IMG/VR virus record: IMGVR_UViG_3300027708_000012
Span: 248,001-312,000 of that record
Length of the DNA: 64,000 nt
Direction: 5' to 3' (one strand)
This document shows positions 55,940-64,000 of this stretch, piece after piece. Position 1 is the first letter of the stretch, and each line of letters begins with the position of its first letter. Made by a program: the position numbers and the translations under genes. Below the pieces are notes generated by a model that ran no database searches, was not told where the DNA came from, and was given only the letters and a program-made list of their open reading frames with translations.

Positions 55940-56169
55940 TAGAGTTTTGGTGGAAGTTGTTGATCACGTAGTTTTTTATTCCAACGACTTTTGGCTGCAC
56001 CCTTTTTACGTTTGCGTTCAGTCGTTGGTTTTTCGTAAAACTCTTTGGCACGTAAAGCATCTAGTGTACCTGCTTCTTCAACCTTACGTTTAAATCTTCG
56101 AAGAGAAACGTTGATATTTTCCCCGTCTTTGACAGTAATACCAGTTCCCTTACTCTTCTTGTGAATCAT
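55936..56169 (-). CDS. rpsU: ribosomal protein bS21
   Basis: LRRFKRKVE...[14 protein letters not shown]; start at MIHKK. Confidence 0.9.
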   Translation of the reverse strand: MIHKKSKGTGITVKDGENINVSLRRFKRKVEEAGTLDALRAKEFYEKPTTERKRKKGAAKSRWNKKLRDQQLPPKLY

Positions 56170-56587
56170 TATCGTTTTCCTCGTCTTCGTCTTGGTTCTC
56201 CAATTGTTCAACAATCAAATCAAGATTATAAATTCGATTTTTACTAATTAGACCGTATGGAGTTATTTCGTCGCTAGTTATGTAGCTTGCATTAGGTTGG
56301 GCAATAATAAAAGTAACAAATTTTTGTGTAATGCTGTCACAGTTATCCACATCTACTATTACACAATCTGCTTGTTGGCATATACTTAAAAGCCAACCAA
56401 TATCATTATCATCAGTGTCATAGATAAAAACATTTAAATCATCGATGCTTTTACTTAAAATTGTTTGAAATTGTTCTTTAACTGATGTACTAGGTTTAAT
56501 TAGTAGATAACTCAAGTTCATATTAAACAGTTTATCAGGAGGCGTTATTAATGTTATTTTTCCTAAGTTCATATATCTTTTCTGCAA
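56150..56587 (-). CDS. hypothetical protein
   Basis: 145-aa ORF with acidic tail. Confidence 0.7.
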   Translation of the reverse strand: MQKRYMNLGKITLITPPDKLFNMNLSYLLIKPSTSVKEQFQTILSKSIDDLNVFIYDTDDNDIGWLLSICQQADCVIVDVDNCDSITQKFVTFIIAQPNASYITSDEITPYGLISKNRIYNLDLIVEQLENQDEDEENDNDSQEE

Positions 56588-56888
56588 AATAGTCTAGTTC
56601 TTCCGTGGGGTAATCGTTAAATTTCGTAGTACCAGTTTTTATATCATTTATAAACTTAACTAACTCGGGTTCTGTTTTAGAATCAAATATTAAATTGTTA
56701 AATTTATTTTCACTATATTCTATATACAATCTGTCTATTGTTTTAAATGGATCTGTGCGACTAGTATTTTTTATACGTTGCCAAAAACTTTTTGGATCTT
56801 TTTGCTCTTCGTTCTGAACATATGTTATTCTTTGTTCTTCACTTGGATTTTCCCCGTTTGATCCTTGATCATATATGTCTTTTTTTTT
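56535..56888 (-). CDS. -1 frame extension of the upstream gene (no own ATG)
   Basis: Frame open from the A9 run (56880-56888) to the stop at 56535. Confidence 0.55.
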   Translation of the reverse strand, partial: KKKDIYDQGSNGENPSEEQRITYVQNEEQKDPKSFWQRIKNTSRTDPFKTIDRLYIEYSENKFNNLIFDSKTEPELVKFINDIKTGTTKFNDYPTEELDYFAEKIYELRKNNINNAS

Positions 56889-57973
56889 GATTCTTCTTCG
56901 ACTTTTGTTTCTTCGCCGTTACTATTAATATATGTTTCACCAACAGCTAAACGTTCTTCAATTGTAGACTCTTCTAGTTTAACTTCTTCAACTACGATTG
57001 GTGTTTGATCTAATTCACTAATTACAACTGTTGAATCTGCCGTTGTAGTATTATTTGGTACTTCAAATTCTGGACCAGTTTGTATCCACTCACCACCAGG
57101 TTCTCGGACACCTTCAAAGTCTGTTTTAGTTTCTTTAGATTCCTCTACTACAATTGGAGCATTGAAAGCTTCAGTTAATTCATCTGCTTGATCATCAATC
57201 CATGTTTTTTCTTTTTGTTCTCTAGCCCAACCAAATGTCATTTGTGCGGCCAATAGCATGATAACTGCCAGCGGATCAAAGACAACAACAATTAAAATGA
57301 TGATCCAAGTTACAGCACGTTCGAGCATCGACTCGTCTGGTGCTCGATCGTAGATAAATGCCGCGATATACTTAATTGGGCCAACTTCGGCTTCGACCTT
57401 GCGTACTTCTGCACGTATTGGGGCCGCTTCGTCGTTAAGACTTGCAATAAGTTTCTGTTGGGCTTCAATATCTTTGGCAAGCGCAATGCGGTCTTTCTGT
57501 TGACTCTTACGTACAGCGTTGGCTTTGTCCGCACCTTTTTCATCTGTTGAGCGACCCATAATTTGGTCCACCGCTTCATCCATCTGTTTAAGTTGCTTCC
57601 TGTCAGCTTCGATATTCTCTTTGGCTGTTTTGATTTTCTCATCATATATCGCTATCTTACTTCCAACATCACCACTTACTAGTGTTTGATCATTGTGTGC
57701 TTTAGAGAGGAATCCGAAGATACCCATTGATGTAATTAACATTAACACAACTACAGCAATGGTCATGTAATACTTCATGAAACGTGGAACACGTTCCCAA
57801 TTTGCTTTTAACCAAGAGGCACAAACAAGTTTACCTACTTCCAGGGCAGAGCCCATGATAATAATCGGAATAGCGGCAGCAGAAAAAATAGCGGTGAGAC
57901 CTACTACGGAATAGTAAATCGCCACCGCTGAGATTGTTAATCCTGTAAGCAGAAGCAAATAAGCTAATATCAT
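56825..57973 (-). CDS. membrane / coiled-coil protein with acidic tail
   Basis: N-terminal TMs, coiled coil, FDPLA motif; ends shortly after A AAA AAG. Confidence 0.8.
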   Translation of the reverse strand: MILAYLLLLTGLTISAVAIYYSVVGLTAIFSAAAIPIIIMGSALEVGKLVCASWLKANWERVPRFMKYYMTIAVVVLMLITSMGIFGFLSKAHNDQTLVSGDVGSKIAIYDEKIKTAKENIEADRKQLKQMDEAVDQIMGRSTDEKGADKANAVRKSQQKDRIALAKDIEAQQKLIASLNDEAAPIRAEVRKVEAEVGPIKYIAAFIYDRAPDESMLERAVTWIIILIVVVFDPLAVIMLLAAQMTFGWAREQKEKTWIDDQADELTEAFNAPIVVEESKETKTDFEGVREPGGEWIQTGPEFEVPNNTTTADSTVVISELDQTPIVVEEVKLEESTIEERLAVGETYINSNGEETKVEEESKKKTYMIKDQTGKIQVKNKE

Positions 57974-57976
57974 TGA

Positions 57977-58585
57977 TTATGCATTAATAACTGTAGTTGT
58001 ATCAATTAATGTTACAGTAACTTTACCAAGTAAAGTGGATTGTGTAACATTGGCGTTTGCTGTAACAGCTTGGTCCGTACCTTCACCAGTAGTTGGATTA
58101 TAAACACGACCCATTTCTGTAGTACCGTTATACAAGCCAAATGCAACTGCGTTTCTAATCACTTTAGCAGTTGTGTCCATAGCAACATTGGCGGCATCGT
58201 TGCCCACTGTTTCAGCACCAATTTTAGCACCAGTCAATGGGATAAATGAATCTCTATCATACTTAACTGTAAAAGTTAATGAAGTTGCTTGTGCATCTGC
58301 ATTAGCTTCAGTAATAGTAACATCTAAAACTTGGCAATCTGCTAGTCCAGACAATTGATTGATTACTTGTTTAAAACGCAAATTACCACGAGCACGACTC
58401 ATTGCATGAGCTGTTGTGCTAGGTAAGCTACCTGCAGGGAAAAAGTCCCATGCATTTGGTGTGCATCCGCCATCTGCATGATTAATATCTGTAGTTGGGA
58501 ACGCTGTTGAATTAGTCATATCAATTGCAACACGGTAAAAGTTTGGCTGTAATTGGTTTGTATCTTGTTGAAATCCTGATGGCAT
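57977..58585 (-). CDS. hypothetical, probably virion-associated, protein
   Basis: T/A/N-rich ORF after GATAAATA late-like motif. Confidence 0.65.
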   Translation of the reverse strand: MPSGFQQDTNQLQPNFYRVAIDMTNSTAFPTTDINHADGGCTPNAWDFFPAGSLPSTTAHAMSRARGNLRFKQVINQLSGLADCQVLDVTITEANADAQATSLTFTVKYDRDSFIPLTGAKIGAETVGNDAANVAMDTTAKVIRNAVAFGLYNGTTEMGRVYNPTTGEGTDQAVTANANVTQSTLLGKVTVTLIDTTTVINA

Positions 58586-58665
58586 TATTATGCTCCTTAA
58601 TTATCTAGTATTTATCGCAGTAAGCCTAATGTATTATTCTACACTAGACTATGCGCTAAATCAAG

Positions 58666-59007
58666 TTATTTGAATACAATTAATGCTAACATTGCAGCTT
58701 GTACAAAGAACCCTAATCCGATGGTTACAATGTTTAACAAGTCCTTTTGTATAGTAGCTTTTAGAAAAAAGCAGAACAATCCAGCCCAGCTAAAAAGCAC
58801 CATGTCCACAGGGGGCATTTTTTCAGTTAGCCCTGTTAGAACAGCTAGTTCTGTAGGGATTGTTGCCAAATGCAACAAAATTACAGCAACCCAGCCCATT
58901 GTTTCTGCACTTACATGGGGGGCATGTGTTTTGACATTTTCTACCCACAAGTTCAAATCAAAAAAGTTTTGTACACCTGTTTTAATTTTTTCTACAATTG
59001 CGTTCAT
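58666..59007 (-). CDS. small membrane protein
   Basis: Three hydrophobic helices. Confidence 0.7.
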   Translation of the reverse strand: MNAIVEKIKTGVQNFFDLNLWVENVKTHAPHVSAETMGWVAVILLHLATIPTELAVLTGLTEKMPPVDMVLFSWAGLFCFFLKATIQKDLLNIVTIGLGFFVQAAMLALIVFK

Positions 59008-59016
59008 TTTTAATCC

Positions 59017-59547
59017 TTAATTATAAAATATATGTCGACCAATTTTTGCCACGGGTTTTTTATTCCAACCTGGATTTATATAATCTCCGTGAAAGTAAAG
59101 TGCTTTCTTTAAATCGGGAAGTCTAAATCCTTCTAACAACACCTTTTTGGCTACTTCCATACTTTCTGTATAAATTGGACCGTTCATAGGTTTTTTGGCG
59201 CTTGGGCCTTCGCAATACCAACTGAACTGGCAAAGTACTTTTTCATATACTATATTTTTTTGGTAAACTACCTTGCAGATATCTCCGGGAAATTGTCCGC
59301 TTTCTGCACGGTTAATTGTTACTTGAGCCACTGCTACTTTACCTTCAAAAGGTTCGTACCCGGCTTCATGATAGATATTACGAGCTAGACAATCTAATTG
59401 AGCTTGTCTCATTTGTGCTGTAATTGGACTCGCTGTTTCTCGAGCTTCTTCTAAATGCTGAAATTTCAGCAAAACTACGTGTTGGACTGTAAGTCCGATT
59501 GCTAGTATAACTAGTAAGTTTACTGCTAATTTGATAATCCGTATCAT
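59017..59547 (-). CDS. cell-wall hydrolase (SleB / Hydrolase_2)
   Basis: CLARNIYHEAG, AVAQVTINR, CQFSW, IGRHIFY; start at MIRIIK. Confidence 0.9.
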   Translation of the reverse strand: MIRIIKLAVNLLVILAIGLTVQHVVLLKFQHLEEARETASPITAQMRQAQLDCLARNIYHEAGYEPFEGKVAVAQVTINRAESGQFPGDICKVVYQKNIVYEKVLCQFSWYCEGPSAKKPMNGPIYTESMEVAKKVLLEGFRLPDLKKALYFHGDYINPGWNKKPVAKIGRHIFYN

Positions 59548-59715
59548 TTTTTTCTCCTTTACGGTGGATGAGGTATCGCTACTACCATCATTGATTATTG
59601 CTTGGCTGTGTTTGTTTCTCCTTTTAGTAGCCTTGCCCTCTAAATCTTTAGTGGACAATATATAGTTATCCTCTGCTGACAACGGTAAACAACTATTATT
59701 ATTGTCGACCATGCT

Positions 59716-60123
59716 TTAACGCCTCATACGAGCGATATCAACTGCTTCCTCATCGCTAAAAATTGGCACGGCATTGCTTTTGTGCATGGTTGCAATACCT
59801 TTTACCTTGGTTCCTGTATAAACTTTTGGTGCAGACAAAGTAGCATTACCGCCGGTGTCTACACTTTTGAGATGAGATGTAGTATCACGACCTTCGGGAA
59901 TTTTCAAACTATAATGCCCACTCAAACTGGGTGCTTTCAAAGCACGAGTACGTTTCTTTTCTTCTGCCTCGATGCCCCATTTCTTTTGGAGCTCTTTCCA
60001 AGATTCGTCCAATTCTCTAGCCTTTCGTGCGTGTTCTGCCGATGCGAATTTCTGTTTGCCCTTCTTCTTGCCATTAAGGCTAAGACTAGGGTGATGCAAA
60101 TGCATACTCAAAATATTCTCCAA
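59716..60123 (-). CDS. conserved hypothetical phage protein
   Basis: C-terminal YTGTKVKGIATMHKSNAVP motif familiar from T4-like phages. Confidence 0.7.
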   Translation of the reverse strand: MENILSMHLHHPSLSLNGKKKGKQKFASAEHARKARELDESWKELQKKWGIEAEEKKRTRALKAPSLSGHYSLKIPEGRDTTSHLKSVDTGGNATLSAPKVYTGTKVKGIATMHKSNAVPIFSDEEAVDIARMRR

Positions 60124-60142
60124 AAGTTATAACAATACTAGT

Positions 60143-60171
60143 ATTATACTAGATTATACTATTACTGTCAA
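60143..60171 (-). promoter_or_regulatory. sigma70 promoter
   Basis: TTGACA-17-TATAAT. Confidence 0.75.
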
Positions 60172-60177
60172 ACAGGT

Positions 60178-60504
60178 TTATACTCGAAAACTTTCACCGC
60201 AACCGCAACGGTCACGTTCATTTGGATTGATAAAATCAAATCCTTCATTGAGTCCATTGCGGACCCAGTCCATTGTTAGTCCGTTTAAGTAGACAAATGA
60301 CTTTTCATCTACTAATACTACAAAATCATTTTGAGCAAAGTTGATTACTCCAACTTCATGTTCGTAGCTGTCTACATATTCTAGAACATATGCTAATCCG
60401 CTACATCCAGTGGTTCTAACACCTATGCGTATTCCAACGCCTTTACCACGACGTTCTAAAGTTTGTTTAATTTTTTTACTTGCCGTGTTGGTTATATTAA
60501 TCAT
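60178..60504 (-). CDS. iscA: Fe-S cluster A-type carrier
   Basis: GCSGLAY, CGCGESF. Confidence 0.95.
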   Translation of the reverse strand: MINITNTASKKIKQTLERRGKGVGIRIGVRTTGCSGLAYVLEYVDSYEHEVGVINFAQNDFVVLVDEKSFVYLNGLTMDWVRNGLNEGFDFINPNERDRCGCGESFRV

Positions 60505-61642
60505 TTATTAAATTATTTAATCTTGGATATAAATCTAAGTTTCCTAAATTTAATTTTAAATTCCAATATTCCCACATTGCATATTGAATTTCAAATGCAG
60601 GGACACTTGGATCAATAATTTTTAATAACTCTCTAAACTTAGGATCTTCTGCTTTTGATAATATATGATTGTATGCCGATAGTCTAGCATGTTTCCAAAA
60701 TGCAGTATTATATTTGTTTGAACTAAAATAATGCAATAAAATTATTGTTTCAATTTCTGAAACTAGTTGGAGGAAATAATTATTAACCGCCTCAACCGGG
60801 ACATTATTATTCCATTGATCATAGGCAAGTTGCTGAACTTTAGTAGAAAGCCATAATGGAGTAGTTTCCATAGGTTCTAAAAACATACTTGCACTACCAT
60901 TGTATACTATTCGTTTAGTAAAATTTTCTTTACGAAAGTAATTTTTCCAAGAAAATGTGCCAGTGTTCTCGCTAGGTATTAATTGGTATTCTTCAAAGAC
61001 ATTAACAACATCGTCTTTGATGTCATCGACATTATTAATATCTGTATTATATACATACCCAACAGCACACCTGTTTTGCAACGGTACACAAAACACCCAC
61101 CCGTATGGTCTAGCAATAGTCAGTGTTTCATTAAACTTAGGGTAATCCCAGTAACACTGAGTTATATAAGCGCCGTTTACTGGGATTGAACTAGTAGTCG
61201 AATAATCATCAAAATTTGTTGGCCTGCCTGAACAATCAATTACAAAGTCAGAATCTATATCTTCATTTGCAATATTTTTATCAATAAGTTTTATTCTTGG
61301 ATTAGTCGATGCATAGTTAACTATATATTCTTGTAGTTTAACAGCATTAAAATGATATCCTACAGCAGGTGGTGCAAAATAATTTAAAATAGGTTTTTCT
61401 GAAAACCCAATTTTTTTAACACCTGTTTTAAAAGTACCATCTATTAAATGCAAATCACTATGTGTAAATCCAAATAAATCGTGAAGCTGTTGTGTAAATC
61501 CAACAAAGCCGCCTTCACCTACTGGTTGCGGCTTTATATTGCTGTCAAAGTACCAGTCTATTTCCCAATCGGTGTATTTTAGAAAATGTCCCACATTCAT
61601 GCAACCTGCGGTGCCTTTTCCAACTATGGCTAATTTTTTCAT
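60497..61642 (-). CDS. tryptophan-halogenase-like flavoprotein
   Basis: VGKGTAG, VGEG, IDCSG, GWVFCVPL, FLEPME. Confidence 0.8.
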   Translation of the reverse strand: MKKLAIVGKGTAGCMNVGHFLKYTDWEIDWYFDSNIKPQPVGEGGFVGFTQQLHDLFGFTHSDLHLIDGTFKTGVKKIGFSEKPILNYFAPPAVGYHFNAVKLQEYIVNYASTNPRIKLIDKNIANEDIDSDFVIDCSGRPTNFDDYSTTSSIPVNGAYITQCYWDYPKFNETLTIARPYGWVFCVPLQNRCAVGYVYNTDINNVDDIKDDVVNVFEEYQLIPSENTGTFSWKNYFRKENFTKRIVYNGSASMFLEPMETTPLWLSTKVQQLAYDQWNNNVPVEAVNNYFLQLVSEIETIILLHYFSSNKYNTAFWKHARLSAYNHILSKAEDPKFRELLKIIDPSVPAFEIQYAMWEYWNLKLNLGNLDLYPRLNNLIND

Positions 61643-62019
61643 TTGTGTTTTTCTTTATAGTCTGCTATTGCAGCTTTGATAGCATCTTCTGCTAGAATTG
61701 AACAATGTATCTTTACAGGCGGGAGTGCAAGCTCTTCTGCGATCTGGGAGTTTTTAAGGTTAACAGCATCATTAATATGCATACCCTTAACCCACTCTGT
61801 AACCAACGACGAACTGGCGATTGCTGAACCGCATCCATATGTCTTGAAACGAGCATCTCTAATAATACCATCTTTGTCTACCTTTATTTGTAGTTTCATT
61901 ACATCACCGCAGGCTGGTGCTCCAACCATTCCAGTTCCTATACCATCTTCATCTTTGGCAAAAGAACCTACATTTCGGGGATTTTCGTAATGATCTATTA
62001 CCTTGTCTGAATATGCCAT
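61639..62019 (-). CDS. iscU: Fe-S scaffold protein
   Basis: HYENPRNVG, APACGD, YGCGSAIA, KIHCS. Confidence 0.97.
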   Translation of the reverse strand: MAYSDKVIDHYENPRNVGSFAKDEDGIGTGMVGAPACGDVMKLQIKVDKDGIIRDARFKTYGCGSAIASSSLVTEWVKGMHINDAVNLKNSQIAEELALPPVKIHCSILAEDAIKAAIADYKEKHK

Positions 62020-62024
62020 TGTAA

Positions 62025-63659
62025 TTAACCTTTTGTTATTAATTTATTTACCTCGGGGAGATAAAGGTATTTAATTCCTGATCTCCTCAAAGTGCTTAAT
62101 GCATCATCAATTGTTTCTACTAAGGGTTCTCCTCCTAAATTAAAACTAGTATTAAATAAAATTGGAACACCAGTTTGATTATTAAACTCAGTTATCAAAT
62201 TATAAAAATGAAAATTTTGTTCAATATTAATTGTTTGTACTCGACACGTATTATCCACATGTACAATGCTTGGTATTTGATTTTTCTTATTTTCTAAAAC
62301 ATTCACAGCATACATCATAAATGGACTGTTAGACGTGTTACGCATATCAAACCATTCGTGTACATGCTCTTCTAATACAGTTCCGGCAAACGGCCTGTAC
62401 CATTCTCTTCCTTTTACACGATTAACAATGTCTTTACCTTGTTGTACTCTAGGGTCGAACAAAATACTACGATTGCCTAATGCACGAGGTCCAGCTTCTG
62501 AACCTCCTTGAAATATAGCTACTATATTTTCAGAAACTAATAGATTAACAATGTCCGAGTAACTAACTGTTTGCTCAGTTTCATTTGATTCTAATTTATA
62601 ATTGTAACTAGGAGTTGGACCTAGACAAAAAGATAATTGTTTATTTGGAGTCGTATTATTAGTAGTACTATAATAAGCCAGTTTAGCTATACCTATACTT
62701 TGCCCCCCATCGTGCGCAGGAGGGTCTATGAATACATTAACGTCTTTAGGAATGTGTTTTAAATATTCATAATTAGCTACACAATTTAATGCATAGCCGC
62801 CTGATATTACTAAATTTTTAGAATTGGATAATTTAAGTGCGGTTAAAATTAAATCAGTGGCTACTGATTGAGTAGATTGCTGTACAGCATAACAAAGATT
62901 GGCCGCATCATATTGTTCTACTTCGTCAAGGAATGGCGCAGCATACATTGCTGTATTAGGCCTAAACAACTGTTTGTTAGGTGTTTTTTTACCGTTAACA
63001 GTTACATATATTTGTGGAATAGTTTCATCGTTCTTTCCGTACGAACTTAATCCCATTGCCTTGCCGCACTCTAAATTTGTATGCCCTAAAGCAATACTTA
63101 GTGCAGAGTATATACTGGCAATACCTTGCTCATTAGCAAAGACTTTTTCTTCGTGAAACTTAGTAAGTTGATTATAGTTATTTCCAAACTTTTTATATAT
63201 AGATGTAAATGTTTTTGGAAATTTTGCTAGATATATGCTTTCAACTTCGTATCCGGCTTTGCCAGCTTGGTCTAATTCGATATATTTTCCAGCAGCATCT
63301 ATAACTACACATACCGCTTGGTCAAAACCAGAACTATAAAATCCACTGGTTGCATGATATAGATGATGCTCACCATTATTAAACACTTGCCTGTGATTGT
63401 CAATTAATCCAAGTTTTAAGGCAAATTTAATAAACGGGCCTGCTTCATTTGTAGTATCTGATGACCCTACAGATATGGCTAGACAATCTACTTTATTCGT
63501 GTATTCAAGAACTTTAAGTAGTCCTAAGAATGGACTATCGTCGTATTTTTTTCGACTTAGTCTTTCTTCTTCTACATAAAAAACAATATTACCATTTTTA
63601 AGTAAACAAGTAGATGCGTTATGCCCTGTACTTATACCTACAATCCAGTTGTCACGCAT
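62025..63659 (-). CDS. carbamoyltransferase (NodU/CmcH family)
   Basis: EEERLSRKK, EHHLYHA, GGYALNC, GPRALGNRS, NTSFN. Confidence 0.9.
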   Translation of the reverse strand: MRDNWIVGISTGHNASTCLLKNGNIVFYVEEERLSRKKYDDSPFLGLLKVLEYTNKVDCLAISVGSSDTTNEAGPFIKFALKLGLIDNHRQVFNNGEHHLYHATSGFYSSGFDQAVCVVIDAAGKYIELDQAGKAGYEVESIYLAKFPKTFTSIYKKFGNNYNQLTKFHEEKVFANEQGIASIYSALSIALGHTNLECGKAMGLSSYGKNDETIPQIYVTVNGKKTPNKQLFRPNTAMYAAPFLDEVEQYDAANLCYAVQQSTQSVATDLILTALKLSNSKNLVISGGYALNCVANYEYLKHIPKDVNVFIDPPAHDGGQSIGIAKLAYYSTTNNTTPNKQLSFCLGPTPSYNYKLESNETEQTVSYSDIVNLLVSENIVAIFQGGSEAGPRALGNRSILFDPRVQQGKDIVNRVKGREWYRPFAGTVLEEHVHEWFDMRNTSNSPFMMYAVNVLENKKNQIPSIVHVDNTCRVQTINIEQNFHFYNLITEFNNQTGVPILFNTSFNLGGEPLVETIDDALSTLRRSGIKYLYLPEVNKLITKG

Positions 63660-63672
63660 TTACTCGCTCATA

Positions 63673-63984
63673 TTAATTTGGTACTGCTACGATTTTTCTA
63701 GTATTAGTTTGTGGATCGATCATTTCTTCCCAATGATATCCTAATGGCGGTGTTTGCACATAGGGTTGAGGTTGTTGTATAATTACAGGCGGTTGTTGAA
63801 CAACAACTTGCTGATTGGCACGATTAATTTCGTAACCAATTACTCCACCAATAATTAACGGTGCAACCCAATTACCGCCACTGTAATAACCACCACCACG
63901 ATAGTAACCACCATGATGGTGCCATTGTGCGTTAGCCGACCCTACTACTGCCAATAATGACAAAGCTAAAATTAACTTTTTCAT
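63673..63984 (-). CDS. small secreted Gly/Pro-rich protein
   Basis: Signal peptide, GGY repeats, GxxG helix. Confidence 0.75.
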   Translation of the reverse strand: MKKLILALSLLAVVGSANAQWHHHGGYYRGGGYYSGGNWVAPLIIGGVIGYEINRANQQVVVQQPPVIIQQPQPYVQTPPLGYHWEEMIDPQTNTRKIVAVPN

Positions 63985-64000
63985 AATATACTCCTTTAAG

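Noticed and set aside
52172-62019. Cellular chromosome or host contamination (dnaK, clpS, rpsU, iscU, iscA)
   Set aside because: Genes lack their operon partners (dnaJ, grpE, clpA, iscS) and are interspersed with phage genes and late promoters
8990-63600. Many short antisense or nested ORFs in the track (e.g. 9026-9277, 13373-13804, 53381-53899)
   Set aside because: They shadow well-supported genes or tRNAs on the opposite strand and show no motifs or RBS

Overview
A 64-kb segment of a large, AT-rich dsDNA bacteriophage (jumbo-phage-like), not a cellular chromosome. Evidence: no core cellular operons, T4-type TATAAATA late promoters alongside consensus sigma70 promoters, a tail-fibre gene, a tail lysozyme and a SleB hydrolase. 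The IscU, CspA and tmRNA-tag sequences suggest a proteobacterial, probably betaproteobacterial, host (inference). The centre (13.0-27.7 kb, minus strand) is an array of 29 CCA-encoding tRNAs covering all 20 amino acids, interleaved with 2OG-Fe(II)-oxygenase-like and methyltransferase genes and several unannotated structured RNAs. Other cargo: three fatty-acid desaturases, a Rieske oxygenase, ADP-heptose enzymes, RpoZ, parvulin, a permuted two-piece tmRNA, CspA, an R-M-like trio, an amino-acid transporter/racemase cassette, heme oxygenase plus bilin reductase, ClpS, Hsp20, DnaK, bS21, IscA/IscU, a halogenase-like protein and a carbamoyltransferase. The most novel signals are non-coding. (1) A four-copy covarying RNA element beside a DUF2828/vWA (Ro60-like) gene; three copies display anticodon loops matching the phage's own tRNA-Cys, -Lys and -Ile (candidate anticodon-nuclease decoys). 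(2) A leader-peptide attenuator whose 48 codons include all 20 amino acids, upstream of the tRNA region. (3) Long-stem-enclosed ncRNAs between tRNAs. (4) A two-piece tmRNA with a 27-residue tag. (5) ROSE-like thermometers on dnaK and hsp20. (6) A probable -1 frameshift. All calls are by eye; no database searches or folding programs were run.
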